In this document: in pieces, positions 18,677 to 28,584 of the stretch
How positions within the stretch are numbered: the stretch's first letter is position 1
Layout: each line of letters starts with the position of its first letter
DNA from: a virus
Taxonomy: Duplodnaviria > Caudoviricetes
Reading direction: 5' to 3' (one strand)
IMG/VR virus record: IMGVR_UViG_3300025715_000009
Coordinates: 160,001 to 224,000 of that record
DNA length: 64,000 bases
Notes under the pieces: generated by a model
Database searches by the model: none
Seen by the model: only the letters and a program-made list of their open reading frames with translations
What the model was told of the DNA's origin: nothing
Program-made: the position numbers and the translations under genes

Positions 18677-19501
18677 TTAAACATTTTTATGATATTGCAA
18701 ATCCCTTACATACCTTGCTACTATTTCATGAATAGGATTATAGTCCCAAGAAGAATTTCTTACATCTTCCCAAGCGGAAGACCAGGTTTTAATTTTATCC
18801 ATATCCACTTCAGACCATGTAGTGCGAAGTGAATTAAGATAATCTATTACTTCTTGAACAGTTGCTTTTTGTTCTTGAGATCGTAAAATAAAAAGGCGAT
18901 CTTGTTCGGCCTTATCTATGGCTTGTGATAGACCAAGAGCTACAATCTTTTGTGTCTCTTCTTCTGTTAGATAATGTTTATTGTATGATACTTGTATAAG
19001 TAGTTCTTTGGCTTGCATGATCATGAATTGATTAACAATCAGATCACGTTTAACTTCCTTATCTAGATCTTTATATGCCTGTTTTCCTTTTTCTTCCATC
19101 CATCTATATTTTTGATACCCAATTTTTTTCTTTTCATCTTCTGAGAGAGCATCCCAAGCTTCTTGGCCTAATTTATCTTTAAGATCATTTCTAGCCTTAT
19201 TTGTTTCTGACATAACTCTCTTCATAAGAGCCTCTGCCAGATTGATATCTACACCCTTATCTTTAAAATGATGAATACATTCACTTCCTACTTTTAGAAT
19301 TTGTTCTGTTTTAAGGTTTTTAACTTCATAGGCAAAGGCACAATTTTTGTGTCCACAAAGCTGACAATCAAAAAATCTAGGATCGTAATAAGCATTGACA
19401 AGCTTAAACTCGTCATCAGGATTAGATGATATATTTGCTAGGTTTAATTGGATGCGATTAACAAAAGATTGAGAGCGGTATATCTTGTTATTATAATTCA
19501 T
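18677..19501 (-). CDS. Hypothetical protein with zinc-binding CxxCGH...VGSEC motif
   Basis: CQLCGHKNC...KVGSECIHHF; helical C-terminus. Confidence 0.6.
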   Translation of the reverse strand: MNYNNKIYRSQSFVNRIQLNLANISSNPDDEFKLVNAYYDPRFFDCQLCGHKNCAFAYEVKNLKTEQILKVGSECIHHFKDKGVDINLAEALMKRVMSETNKARNDLKDKLGQEAWDALSEDEKKKIGYQKYRWMEEKGKQAYKDLDKEVKRDLIVNQFMIMQAKELLIQVSYNKHYLTEEETQKIVALGLSQAIDKAEQDRLFILRSQEQKATVQEVIDYLNSLRTTWSEVDMDKIKTWSSAWEDVRNSSWDYNPIHEIVARYVRDLQYHKNV

Positions 19502-19510
19502 ACATCCCCC

Positions 19511-19545
19511 TAATGATATTATATCATTAAAAAGAGTTGTCTAAA
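19511..19545 (-). promoter_or_regulatory. Sigma70-type promoter with overlapping 9-1-9 palindrome
   Basis: TTTAGA-16 nt-TATAAT with extended TGn; perfect inverted repeat TAATGATAT-N-ATATCATTA at 19511-19529. Confidence 0.6.
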
Positions 19546-20104
19546 CTATTGAAACACGGCCCTGATTATCTATGGCTATAACTGACTTACATTGTGGACA
19601 TCTAAATCTTCCAGATTTTTTAGTAGATAATTTTTTATCACAAATTGGACATTTAAAAACTCTTGGAAAGATGATTTCTTTATCATCAACTGTTATATTT
19701 TTAGCCAAATTATTGATTGCTTCTTCAAAAGAATCATCAAAATTAAAAAATGTAGAGAATCCTAATAGTTGAAAAACTTCAAAAACCTTAGGTTTCATAT
19801 TAATAATACTTATGTTTCCATTTTTATTTTTAGCTGTTTTTAAAAAATCAACAAATGCTCCAATTCCAGTTGATGACATATAGTCAATTCCACCACAATC
19901 AAAAATTAATTTGATATAGCGAGCATTAAAACACATATCTACTTTCTGTTTAAAGAACTTTGTGTTATAATTATCAACCACACCATGACATTCTATTAAA
20001 AGCATATCATGGTGTGTTGGTATACGACGTAAGCGAATTTTAAAATCTTTTACAGTTTCTTTATCAAAGCCTGGAATTATCAAATCATTATCATTATAAG
20101 ACAT
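19541..20104 (-). CDS. STAS-domain anti-sigma factor antagonist with C-terminal zinc ribbon (spirochaete type)
   Basis: IDYMSSTGIG phosphoserine motif, PKVFEVFQLLGF, N-terminal IPGFD, C-terminal FP..FKCPIC...GRFRCPQC. Confidence 0.9.
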   Translation of the reverse strand: MSYNDNDLIIPGFDKETVKDFKIRLRRIPTHHDMLLIECHGVVDNYNTKFFKQKVDMCFNARYIKLIFDCGGIDYMSSTGIGAFVDFLKTAKNKNGNISIINMKPKVFEVFQLLGFSTFFNFDDSFEEAINNLAKNITVDDKEIIFPRVFKCPICDKKLSTKKSGRFRCPQCKSVIAIDNQGRVSIV

Positions 20105-20463
20105 CAGTACTCCTGATTTAGTAATATTTTAGCAGCAAAATCATATGGTATAAATTTTATTTTGATTATTAAATTAGTTTCAAAATATAAATTGCTTAAC
20201 ATATAAATTTCACCATTGTTGTTATCTTTAACAAAATTGCCTATTTTTATTAATAACTCTCCTAATCTTAATAAATCTAATTTGTTCTTATAAACATGAA
20301 TTTCAAAACAAAAATATCTTTTTCTTTTATCCCATTCACCCTTAGTAGTAAAATATTTTTCATATTTATCAATAAAAAGAGTTAAAAGTTGTTGTTCTAT
20401 ATCTTGATTTAAAAAATCTTTAACTTGTTGTGCATAGACTTCATATTCTTGTTTAGTAATCAT
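20104..20463 (-). CDS. Hypothetical protein (C-terminal AAKILL)
   Basis: SD AGGAG; upstream TGnCATAAT extended -10 at 20481-20489. Confidence 0.6.
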   Translation of the reverse strand: MITKQEYEVYAQQVKDFLNQDIEQQLLTLFIDKYEKYFTTKGEWDKRKRYFCFEIHVYKNKLDLLRLGELLIKIGNFVKDNNNGEIYMLSNLYFETNLIIKIKFIPYDFAAKILLNQEY

Positions 20464-20507
20464 ATTTACTCCTAGAAATAATTATGCCAAAATAGGATTA
20501 AATATAA

Positions 20508-20849
20508 TTATTTAATATGTTTTAATATCAAATCAATAATATTAGTCATGCTTGGGTGATAAGCTATAAAATGAAATTCATCATCATTTTCTCGTATTGT
20601 TTTAACTTCCCAGTTGAAAGACTTATACTCTTCTTCTACTTCCCCCATTCTCTCAACCATAAGATCAAAGGCTGATTCACCTTCATCTTCTTCATCGTAA
20701 AAATCTCCTACTTCAAAATTGAAATAATTTCCAAGATTATAATCATCAAAAGTATAATAACTTAATTTATATCCACTAAATATATCCTTGATTAACATTT
20801 GATAATTTGATTCATGTGGTAAATTTAAGTTTTCTTTTCTAACATACAT
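20508..20849 (-). CDS. Acidic hypothetical protein
   Basis: ORF track. Confidence 0.5.
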   Translation of the reverse strand: MYVRKENLNLPHESNYQMLIKDIFSGYKLSYYTFDDYNLGNYFNFEVGDFYDEEDEGESAFDLMVERMGEVEEEYKSFNWEVKTIRENDDEFHFIAYHPSMTNIIDLILKHIK

Positions 20850-21923
20850 TTAATTTATTCTCCAAGCTATTTCTAAATTCACCACCACATTATAAGTTGT
20901 AGTAAATTCTGATGTTGCTAAAATTTTTATTAAATCATTTGCTTCAAAATCTATTGACATGGTTCCGTCTGCAAAATAATAGTTATTTAAATTAAAGTTA
21001 TAAATAGACGTAGGGTCATTATTCTTGGACATAATAAATTTTTTATTAGCATAACCAGATGATGCTTGAGCAGTTATACCTAAGATAGTTCCTTTTCTTA
21101 AAGCAGGCCAACCTGAATTAGAAGAAGAGAAGTCAGCTACATTAAGATAACAGCCATCAGCTCTTTTAATTCCAAACGTGACATTTTGTCTCATCATGCT
21201 AATCCATTTTGATCTTGTTCCATCATATATATATAATATACCGGCTCGATTGATAATCTGCCCATCTGCTAAACCTAACGATGGTGTATATTCTACTGGG
21301 TCTAATTGTAATGCAGCTGACCCATTCGCTGCTTGAAATTGAACTGGCCCAAAGTCTACATGAATAACTCTTCCAGAACCAGATCCACTTGCACCATCAT
21401 ATGCTTCATCAAGAGGAGTAACGAAATCATGAGTATCAAAACCCCTTCTTCCTATATATCTATAACCAGAAATATAAAATGGAGGAGAATACAAAGAGGG
21501 TGTAAATTCAAAAGTTAAATTACCATTTGCGTAATCAAACTCCCAATTAACATCATCTCCTACGAAAATCTGTGTATTATTATTATCATATAATTTTATA
21601 TAATAACCTTGTTTTAATTCTTTATCTGGTTGAATAAAATCGCCAAGGCGAGTTGCCAAATTTCCTGGAGTAGAACAGGCAACCCATGATAAAGAACCAT
21701 CAACGGTTAAATCTGGAGTTAATTCTAATTTATTAATTATTTCTATGCTTGATGTAGATGTAGAAGGAGGATTTTCAGGTATATCATCAATCCAAACATC
21801 ACTTAGTTTTATTGTAAGAGCTTTGCCTGGAAATTCTTCATGCCACTTCTTGTTGACAGATGTATATTGGCGTTTAAGGAATTTTTTATATGCAATGTCC
21901 ACTTTTACATCATTACTTGGCAT
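20850..21923 (-). CDS. Virion structural protein (paralogue of 6486..7607)
   Basis: W.FDY.NG.L module shared with the N-terminal part of 22977..28025; C-terminal RSKW.S...IAWR module. Confidence 0.7.
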   Translation of the reverse strand: MPSNDVKVDIAYKKFLKRQYTSVNKKWHEEFPGKALTIKLSDVWIDDIPENPPSTSTSSIEIINKLELTPDLTVDGSLSWVACSTPGNLATRLGDFIQPDKELKQGYYIKLYDNNNTQIFVGDDVNWEFDYANGNLTFEFTPSLYSPPFYISGYRYIGRRGFDTHDFVTPLDEAYDGASGSGSGRVIHVDFGPVQFQAANGSAALQLDPVEYTPSLGLADGQIINRAGILYIYDGTRSKWISMMRQNVTFGIKRADGCYLNVADFSSSNSGWPALRKGTILGITAQASSGYANKKFIMSKNNDPTSIYNFNLNNYYFADGTMSIDFEANDLIKILATSEFTTTYNVVVNLEIAWRIN

Positions 21924-21926
21924 AAA

Positions 21927-22115
21927 TTATTCCTTTTTTAAGTTCTCCAATATCTTTTTTTCCATCTCTTCAAGACGCTTATATAAAATTTTTTGATTTT
22001 CAGCTAATGCTTCAATTGCCTGAAGAATTAAATTTTCTTGATTTTTTTCTTCAGCCATTGAACCATATTGTTGAGCTCTTTGTTCTATTATTTTTCCTAA
22101 GTTTGGTATTGACAT
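21927..22115 (-). CDS. Small coiled-coil protein
   Basis: Heptad pattern; TAATG coupling. Confidence 0.55.
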   Translation of the reverse strand: MSIPNLGKIIEQRAQQYGSMAEEKNQENLILQAIEALAENQKILYKRLEEMEKKILENLKKE

Positions 22116-22342
22116 TATTTAATCTTCTTTAGTGGCGATAAAAGCTTATCATAAGCAACAAGAACATCTGGTATTTTTTTAATATCTTCTTGCAATGCTT
22201 CTTCTAATTTACTCATATCTTTATCAAATTCTTGTTCGGAGATAGCATGATATTTACTTAAATCAAGAGGTTTGATATTTAAATTCTCATATATTTTTAT
22301 TTTCTCTTCATATTCTTTTGCTTTTTTTTCTACTTCTGACAT
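22115..22342 (-). CDS. Small hypothetical protein
   Basis: Start moved to MSEVEKK, which follows SD AGGAGG. Confidence 0.55.
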   Translation of the reverse strand: MSEVEKKAKEYEEKIKIYENLNIKPLDLSKYHAISEQEFDKDMSKLEEALQEDIKKIPDVLVAYDKLLSPLKKIK

Positions 22343-22355
22343 AATGCCTCCTGAA

Positions 22356-22967
22356 TTATAAATCATCTATTGTCAATTTTTGTCGTCTTTTTTCTGGCTC
22401 AACAGGTTCACTAGCTTTAGGTGGAGAAAATATTTTATCAATCTCTAATCTTAATTGTGTAAGAATATTCATTCTCTCAACTATATCACCAGTAAATATT
22501 GCTCTACATACTTGAAAATATCCAAATTCATTTATCATATCGTCTAATATTGCAAGAGATTTTAACTTTGTTGTGGAAATTTTATCTAATATACTAGAAA
22601 CTTCTTTTAACACAAGAATTGTATTTTTTATTTCTTGTGTTTCTAATCTATCTCCTGCATTATCCCAATCTTGCAAGACATTTATAATTTTATCCTCTAT
22701 TTTATAAACAGCTGGTTTAAAATATTCTTCAAGATAAACCTCTAATCCATATTGTTGAATAATATTTTCTTTATCTTGTCTTATACTCAACAATATGGCA
22801 AGTTCATTTTGTATACCTTGTATTATAAAAGCTTCGAGATTTACCATATTGTCAAAAACTTCACCTAATTTATTAATTGATGATGACATTTCTTTTAAGC
22901 TTCTTTTTTGTTTTTCATCAGTAAACGTTGAGCTCCTTTCATCAATATTTATGTTTTTTAATCTCAT
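22356..22967 (-). CDS. Helical hypothetical protein
   Basis: SD AAGGAG; ORF track. Confidence 0.55.
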   Translation of the reverse strand: MRLKNINIDERSSTFTDEKQKRSLKEMSSSINKLGEVFDNMVNLEAFIIQGIQNELAILLSIRQDKENIIQQYGLEVYLEEYFKPAVYKIEDKIINVLQDWDNAGDRLETQEIKNTILVLKEVSSILDKISTTKLKSLAILDDMINEFGYFQVCRAIFTGDIVERMNILTQLRLEIDKIFSPPKASEPVEPEKRRQKLTIDDL

Positions 22968-22976
22968 ATCTTCTCC

Positions 22977-25900
22977 TTACCATTTAACTTCCATATATTC
23001 AACATTTGGAACATTAGACGTTGGTAAAGTAATTCTTACAATTATCATATATCCACTGTTTGCTGTTGAAAAAGTTCCAGATGAGTAATGATAATCATTG
23101 CCTTCAACTTTTAATAAACACCCATCCCCATCTGAACCTGTAAAAACACTTACGTCATAATTTTTATTTAATGATAACCAACCTGTTTGGGTTGGCAATT
23201 TAATATCTATTAATATTCTATTAGATGTTATATCTTGAACTGTAACTCCATTTATTTGTATTCTTCCGCCATTTCTAGCCGTTGGTTTATAAAAACTTCT
23301 GAAATATCTTTGTTGCCCAGTAAAAGTAGAATAATTAGCAACTTGATTTGGTTTATATCCACTTGCAAAGTTTAAATTAGCATACATTAGCTTTTTATTA
23401 AATATTAATGCATCATTTTGCATTAATAAATTTTGACTGTTCCAAACATTAACTCTTTGTGTTGGGATGATATTGTAATTATCTTGTGGAAGACGATAAA
23501 TTTCATCGCGGAAATATTCTATTAAATCTGTACTTCCATTTGTAAAAGTATTAACTAAACGATTTACTGGTGTAGTTGTAGCCACTTCACCTTGCCCAAA
23601 TGGATCTCGTGTTTTTATTGTCATTACAGCATTGATATCATATTCGTTATATTCATTTAAAATTATTTCACCATTAAAATTATATAAATCTCCCAATCTT
23701 GGTGGTGTTTGATAACCTGTGGCATCTTCGTGATTCCATTCTAAATCAATTGGTTGTAATCCAGGCATGTCAATTTCAATTGGTGTCATTGTATATGTGT
23801 TATTAAATAATCCAATGCCTGTAAATTGCACATTGAATCTATCCCCAATAGAATAATATCTAACACCTGAACAATATTTTGTAGAAATAAGATTTGTTTC
23901 TTGTAATATTTTTTGTGTTGCTAAATATGGGCGTGCATTTGCTGTATCCAAAAAAAGTTTCAATGTCAGTGATCTACGATTAAAAGCAGGGCTTTCATGA
24001 ACAACATATAAATAATTATAACCTTGTCTTAACGTTCCTGGTGTTATATTGATTCTCACTCTTCCTTTTTGCCACATTTTGAAATTATTATATACACCAA
24101 CAGACATAATAGAAATATATCCATTAGAAGAATTTCTTATTGCACCATTTGTTCCAGCTATGCCTTCATTTTCTCTTGCACCATTAGCTTGTTGTCCATA
24201 TGATATAGCAGATTGTTCTGTTTTAGCATTGTTTTCTACAAATGCAGCATATAATCTAAAATTATCTATTTCATTACCATTTAAAAATAATCTTATTGTT
24301 CCTTTATCAGCATCTGCAAATGATGATGAATTTGGAGTATATAAATAAAAAGTTGTACTCTCTGTTAAATAATCATGGTATTCGCCAGGACCTATTTCAT
24401 AATTTATATTATTTTGAGACACATAGCCAGATACTAATGTTAAACCATTTTTATCTAATGGTTTATTGTCAAAAGTGTCAGGAGGAGATGGTGCAATATC
24501 TTTTAGAACCTCATTAATATCATCAATAGAATCATTAACTTTCATTTCATCAAATAAATATAATAATCCATCTGCCCAAGAACCATCAGACGGTGTTCCG
24601 AGAATAATATCTTGGGCGTTGCAACATCCTCCGGATATACCCTCACCAAATATAATAAATGTTAATTTATCCTCAGATGTTGATGCTATGCCTCTTAATT
24701 CTATTGTTGAATTTGATGTTTCATAATAATCATCATTAGGTTTTAATAAATCACCATTAAAATAAACTAACAATGTTTTTGAACCTGGAATGTAAAAATT
24801 CTCTAAATTAAAAACAGTTTGACCTGATGTTGCATTTTGTTCTTCAATTACATATGTTCCTTCACCTGATGCTTGATCCATAATTATAGCAATAATATGA
24901 TCTTGTGGATAAACAAGATGAGTAAATGTAAAAGACACAGGGCTTGTTTCTATATAATCATCACCTTTCTTTTGTAACAATCCATTCCACCAAACTACTA
25001 AATTTTTACTATTCATAATATATGGTTTGCTTAAAGTAAAAACCATTTGATTTTGTGTTACAACAAAATCTTGTCTATGATATTCATTACTGATCTCAAA
25101 TATTGTTTGTCCTTCCCAAGCAACAAAATCTTTTCTTATATAATAATCACCATTAATTACTAATGATACTCTATCACCACCTTTTGCTGGAATTATTAAT
25201 TCTACTGCTTTCTCTTTTATTCTAAGCCAATCAACACCCTGCATTTGATGAAGACCATTTAAATAAACTTGAACATTGGTTTTAGTAGAAGTAATAATTA
25301 CCCATCTTGATATTTCATCATCCCATCGATATAATGAGTTGTCTTCAATTACTAAACGAACATCTCCTCTAACATTATTTACCAATGGCAATAAATTATA
25401 TGTTTCAACTGGTTCTCGCCAATAATTTACATATTGATTTGCCCAATGTCCTACAAACACCCACTGCATGCCATCCCACTCATAAATATCACTATCATTT
25501 AAAACCATACGAATATCATATAAATCATTTCCAGTAGGTGGCAAGTCAGCAACGGTTTGAACTGGACTTTTCCAATGTCCATTTGCTAAATCTGGTTTTG
25601 ATACAACATTATCCCAATGAACCTCAGATAACCCAGATGTTGCTAATTCTGTTTTTCTATAGTATAAATCATCATGATCATGGGCACTTAATGGAGGAAC
25701 ATCGGTTAAATTATAATATGATATTCTTTTAGAATTTACACCATCATGATCATGTCCAGTGTCTGTATCAAATTTAGAATCTATTTTTTGATCTACTTGA
25801 GATTTAATATAATATCTATCATCATGATTATGATTTAAATCTGCTTTTTGGGCTAATAAACCAGATACCCATAATTGTAAATTTGATATGATTGAATCAA

Positions 25901-28025
25901 TTTCATCTTCTCTATAATATCGATTGTCATGATTGTGATTCACAGGAGCAAATAAACCAGAATTAATTAATGACCAATTTACACCAGTCCAAACATAAAG
26001 ACCATTTTCATTTAAAGTAATTCTGGCATCTCCCGTTGTATTTCCAACTAATGGTAAAGAAGTAAAGTTTGCAACCGGGCTTTTCCAATAAAAATATGGT
26101 ATATTTAATAAATTATTATAATCTATTTTTTTAGAGTTAATACCATCATGATTGTGTCCAGTATTAGGATCAAATCGAGCATTAATTTCATTCTCTGTAT
26201 AATAACGATTATCTAATTGACCTGCATCTAATTGTGATTTTGTATAATAATAATTATTGTGGTCATGTGGTGGATTTGCAACAACTTTCCAAATTTGACT
26301 TATTCCATCCCACATATATAACAATAGAGTGTCTTTTGCTATTCTTACATCACCATCAGTATTGTTTGTTAGTGGCAAATTAATAAATAAATCAACTGGG
26401 TCTTTCCATTTAGATGAAGAAGATATCAATACCCACTTGTTTTGTGATGCATTCCACCTATATACTTCATTTTTATCTAATGTTAATCTTACATCACCAT
26501 CAGTATTGTTTGTTGTTGGTAAAGCAGCAAAATTAGCAACTGGTGATAACCATCTTACTATTGTATTAATTTCAGCTTTTGTATAATATAAATCATTATG
26601 GTCGTGTTCAGCATTAGTAAATTGCAACCACTGTGTCCCATCCCACCAATAAGCATCTCCTTCATCTATAACAAGGCGAACATCACCAACTCTATTTCCA
26701 GTTGTTGGTAGATTGACCATATTTTGAACTGGCAACTTCCAAGTTAAATTACCATAAACAATTGGAATCCATTTTCCAAGAGGGAGAGCATTACTATCCC
26801 ATCTATATATTGTATTTGAATTTCTTACTAATATAACATCACCATTTCTTGATGATGTATGTTCTGGTAAATCTGCTTCATATTCTACTGATACTCTCCA
26901 TCTTACCATGTTTATAACTTCATGTTGTCTAAAATAAAGAGAGTCGTGAAGGTGATTGGTTGGAGCATAAGATTGTAATAAGGTATTTATTTCTGTTTCA
27001 GTAAAATATCTATCATCATGATCGTGAGCAAATATAATTTTCTTCCAAGAACCATTATCATATTTATAAAATGTATTTTCTTGATTTACAAGACGTATAT
27101 CTCCTTGAATTGCTATTACTGTTTGTAAATTAGCGAATGTTTCAACACTGTCTTTTACAACAGATGATATCATTTTCACCCAAATAGTTTTTGCATTGTC
27201 CCATCTCCAAAGAGTATTGTCTTGTAAAACAATTCGCGCATCACCATCTATATTACCCTCTGTTGGTAATTGATTTTGTAAAGGAACTGGATTTTTCCAA
27301 TGACTTATACCATCTAAATCTACACCATAACTACCAATATATTGATAGCCAGATATTTTAAATGGAGTAGTATAATTATGAAAGTTTTGAATTGTTAAAT
27401 AACCAGAAGCATAATCCCAATACCACTGCATTGTATCAGATGATACAATTTCATTATTATTAGCATCAAATAATCTTATATGATAATCTTGACCAAATTT
27501 TGGTGGAACCCAATCTTGCATTCTACCAGATAAAACACCATTAGATGAAGCATACCAACCTCTCTTGCCAGAGACAGTTATATCTTGTGTTAATGGTTTA
27601 AGATTAAAAAATTGAACTACACCTTGTGATGTTGCAATTGATGGATTTGAAGATATGGTTGAAGACCAAATTTCATCAGAGTGGGTAATCATCTTTGATG
27701 GGATGGTTTCTTCATATTCTTGTTTGTCCAATGATGTTTGAGTTTTACCATCAATTTTTTTATTGAATCTATCGACTTGCGTTTGAAACTTCAGATTTAA
27801 TTTTGTTATAAGAAATTGAATTTCATCACTATTATTCAAAGAGTTAGTAAATTGTATTCTATATGGATCGAGTATATTATATTTTGTTCTATCTTCTGGA
27901 TTACCGTTAAGATAGACTACAAGATTAGCACCATTATTTTCCCAAGGAGTGTTAGTAGAAAAAATGGTTTTTTGAGAGTTTTCTGCTTCTGCACCTGTTT
28001 TTGTAATAATAACATTTTCAATCAT
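22977..28025 (-). CDS. Large repetitive virion fibre/structural protein
   Basis: Nine W..PV....LP..GN..GD.R......Y.W...W repeats, many HDHDDRYY knots, several VYLNG..Q..G.DY repeats, C-terminal module shared with 10046..12112. Confidence 0.75.
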   Translation of the reverse strand: MIENVIITKTGAEAENSQKTIFSTNTPWENNGANLVVYLNGNPEDRTKYNILDPYRIQFTNSLNNSDEIQFLITKLNLKFQTQVDRFNKKIDGKTQTSLDKQEYEETIPSKMITHSDEIWSSTISSNPSIATSQGVVQFFNLKPLTQDITVSGKRGWYASSNGVLSGRMQDWVPPKFGQDYHIRLFDANNNEIVSSDTMQWYWDYASGYLTIQNFHNYTTPFKISGYQYIGSYGVDLDGISHWKNPVPLQNQLPTEGNIDGDARIVLQDNTLWRWDNAKTIWVKMISSVVKDSVETFANLQTVIAIQGDIRLVNQENTFYKYDNGSWKKIIFAHDHDDRYFTETEINTLLQSYAPTNHLHDSLYFRQHEVINMVRWRVSVEYEADLPEHTSSRNGDVILVRNSNTIYRWDSNALPLGKWIPIVYGNLTWKLPVQNMVNLPTTGNRVGDVRLVIDEGDAYWWDGTQWLQFTNAEHDHNDLYYTKAEINTIVRWLSPVANFAALPTTNNTDGDVRLTLDKNEVYRWNASQNKWVLISSSSKWKDPVDLFINLPLTNNTDGDVRIAKDTLLLYMWDGISQIWKVVANPPHDHNNYYYTKSQLDAGQLDNRYYTENEINARFDPNTGHNHDGINSKKIDYNNLLNIPYFYWKSPVANFTSLPLVGNTTGDARITLNENGLYVWTGVNWSLINSGLFAPVNHNHDNRYYREDEIDSIISNLQLWVSGLLAQKADLNHNHDDRYYIKSQVDQKIDSKFDTDTGHDHDGVNSKRISYYNLTDVPPLSAHDHDDLYYRKTELATSGLSEVHWDNVVSKPDLANGHWKSPVQTVADLPPTGNDLYDIRMVLNDSDIYEWDGMQWVFVGHWANQYVNYWREPVETYNLLPLVNNVRGDVRLVIEDNSLYRWDDEISRWVIITSTKTNVQVYLNGLHQMQGVDWLRIKEKAVELIIPAKGGDRVSLVINGDYYIRKDFVAWEGQTIFEISNEYHRQDFVVTQNQMVFTLSKPYIMNSKNLVVWWNGLLQKKGDDYIETSPVSFTFTHLVYPQDHIIAIIMDQASGEGTYVIEEQNATSGQTVFNLENFYIPGSKTLLVYFNGDLLKPNDDYYETSNSTIELRGIASTSEDKLTFIIFGEGISGGCCNAQDIILGTPSDGSWADGLLYLFDEMKVNDSIDDINEVLKDIAPSPPDTFDNKPLDKNGLTLVSGYVSQNNINYEIGPGEYHDYLTESTTFYLYTPNSSSFADADKGTIRLFLNGNEIDNFRLYAAFVENNAKTEQSAISYGQQANGARENEGIAGTNGAIRNSSNGYISIMSVGVYNNFKMWQKGRVRINITPGTLRQGYNYLYVVHESPAFNRRSLTLKLFLDTANARPYLATQKILQETNLISTKYCSGVRYYSIGDRFNVQFTGIGLFNNTYTMTPIEIDMPGLQPIDLEWNHEDATGYQTPPRLGDLYNFNGEIILNEYNEYDINAVMTIKTRDPFGQGEVATTTPVNRLVNTFTNGSTDLIEYFRDEIYRLPQDNYNIIPTQRVNVWNSQNLLMQNDALIFNKKLMYANLNFASGYKPNQVANYSTFTGQQRYFRSFYKPTARNGGRIQINGVTVQDITSNRILIDIKLPTQTGWLSLNKNYDVSVFTGSDGDGCLLKVEGNDYHYSSGTFSTANSGYMIIVRITLPTSNVPNVEYMEVKW

Positions 28026-28573
28026 AATTTAAGAGTTTTCGTGATTACTTCTTTTATTTTTAAGATACGAATTATGTATGCTTCTTTCAAAAACGTATCT
28101 ATTGTATCTACTAAAAATCTTATAAATGTTTCTGTATCAAGAAATGTTTTACCTATTTTTAATTTATATTCATTTGTTTTAGAAATAATAAGAGTTCTTA
28201 TTGATTTTAAATATGCTAATGATTGTTTTAGTTTTAATTTGCTTTCTTCAAAATCTATGACTCTAAGAATAGCAGCAAGCCCATCAATAAATTGATCAAC
28301 TGTCATAACAATATCTCTTACCTGAACTTCTAATTCTTGGACTGATGGTTTTTTTGCTATTTCAATCATATCAAGAATTGTTGTTCCTAAATCCTCGAGA
28401 CTAATTTCCATCTTTTCTACATATTCATAAATGAGTTTTAATTTTTCTATATCTTCTGGGGTTTTATTTTCTTTGAGGATTAAATCAACTAATTCTGGTA
28501 AATCAAATTTTTCGAAATCTTTTTCGTATAAAAGACTTTTAATGCGAGTAAATATATCATATAATTCGCTCAA
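28022..28573 (-). CDS. Helical hypothetical protein
   Basis: TTG start after GAGG. Confidence 0.5.
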   Translation of the reverse strand: MSELYDIFTRIKSLLYEKDFEKFDLPELVDLILKENKTPEDIEKLKLIYEYVEKMEISLEDLGTTILDMIEIAKKPSVQELEVQVRDIVMTVDQFIDGLAAILRVIDFEESKLKLKQSLAYLKSIRTLIISKTNEYKLKIGKTFLDTETFIRFLVDTIDTFLKEAYIIRILKIKEVITKTLKL

Positions 28574-28584
28574 AATAACCTCTC

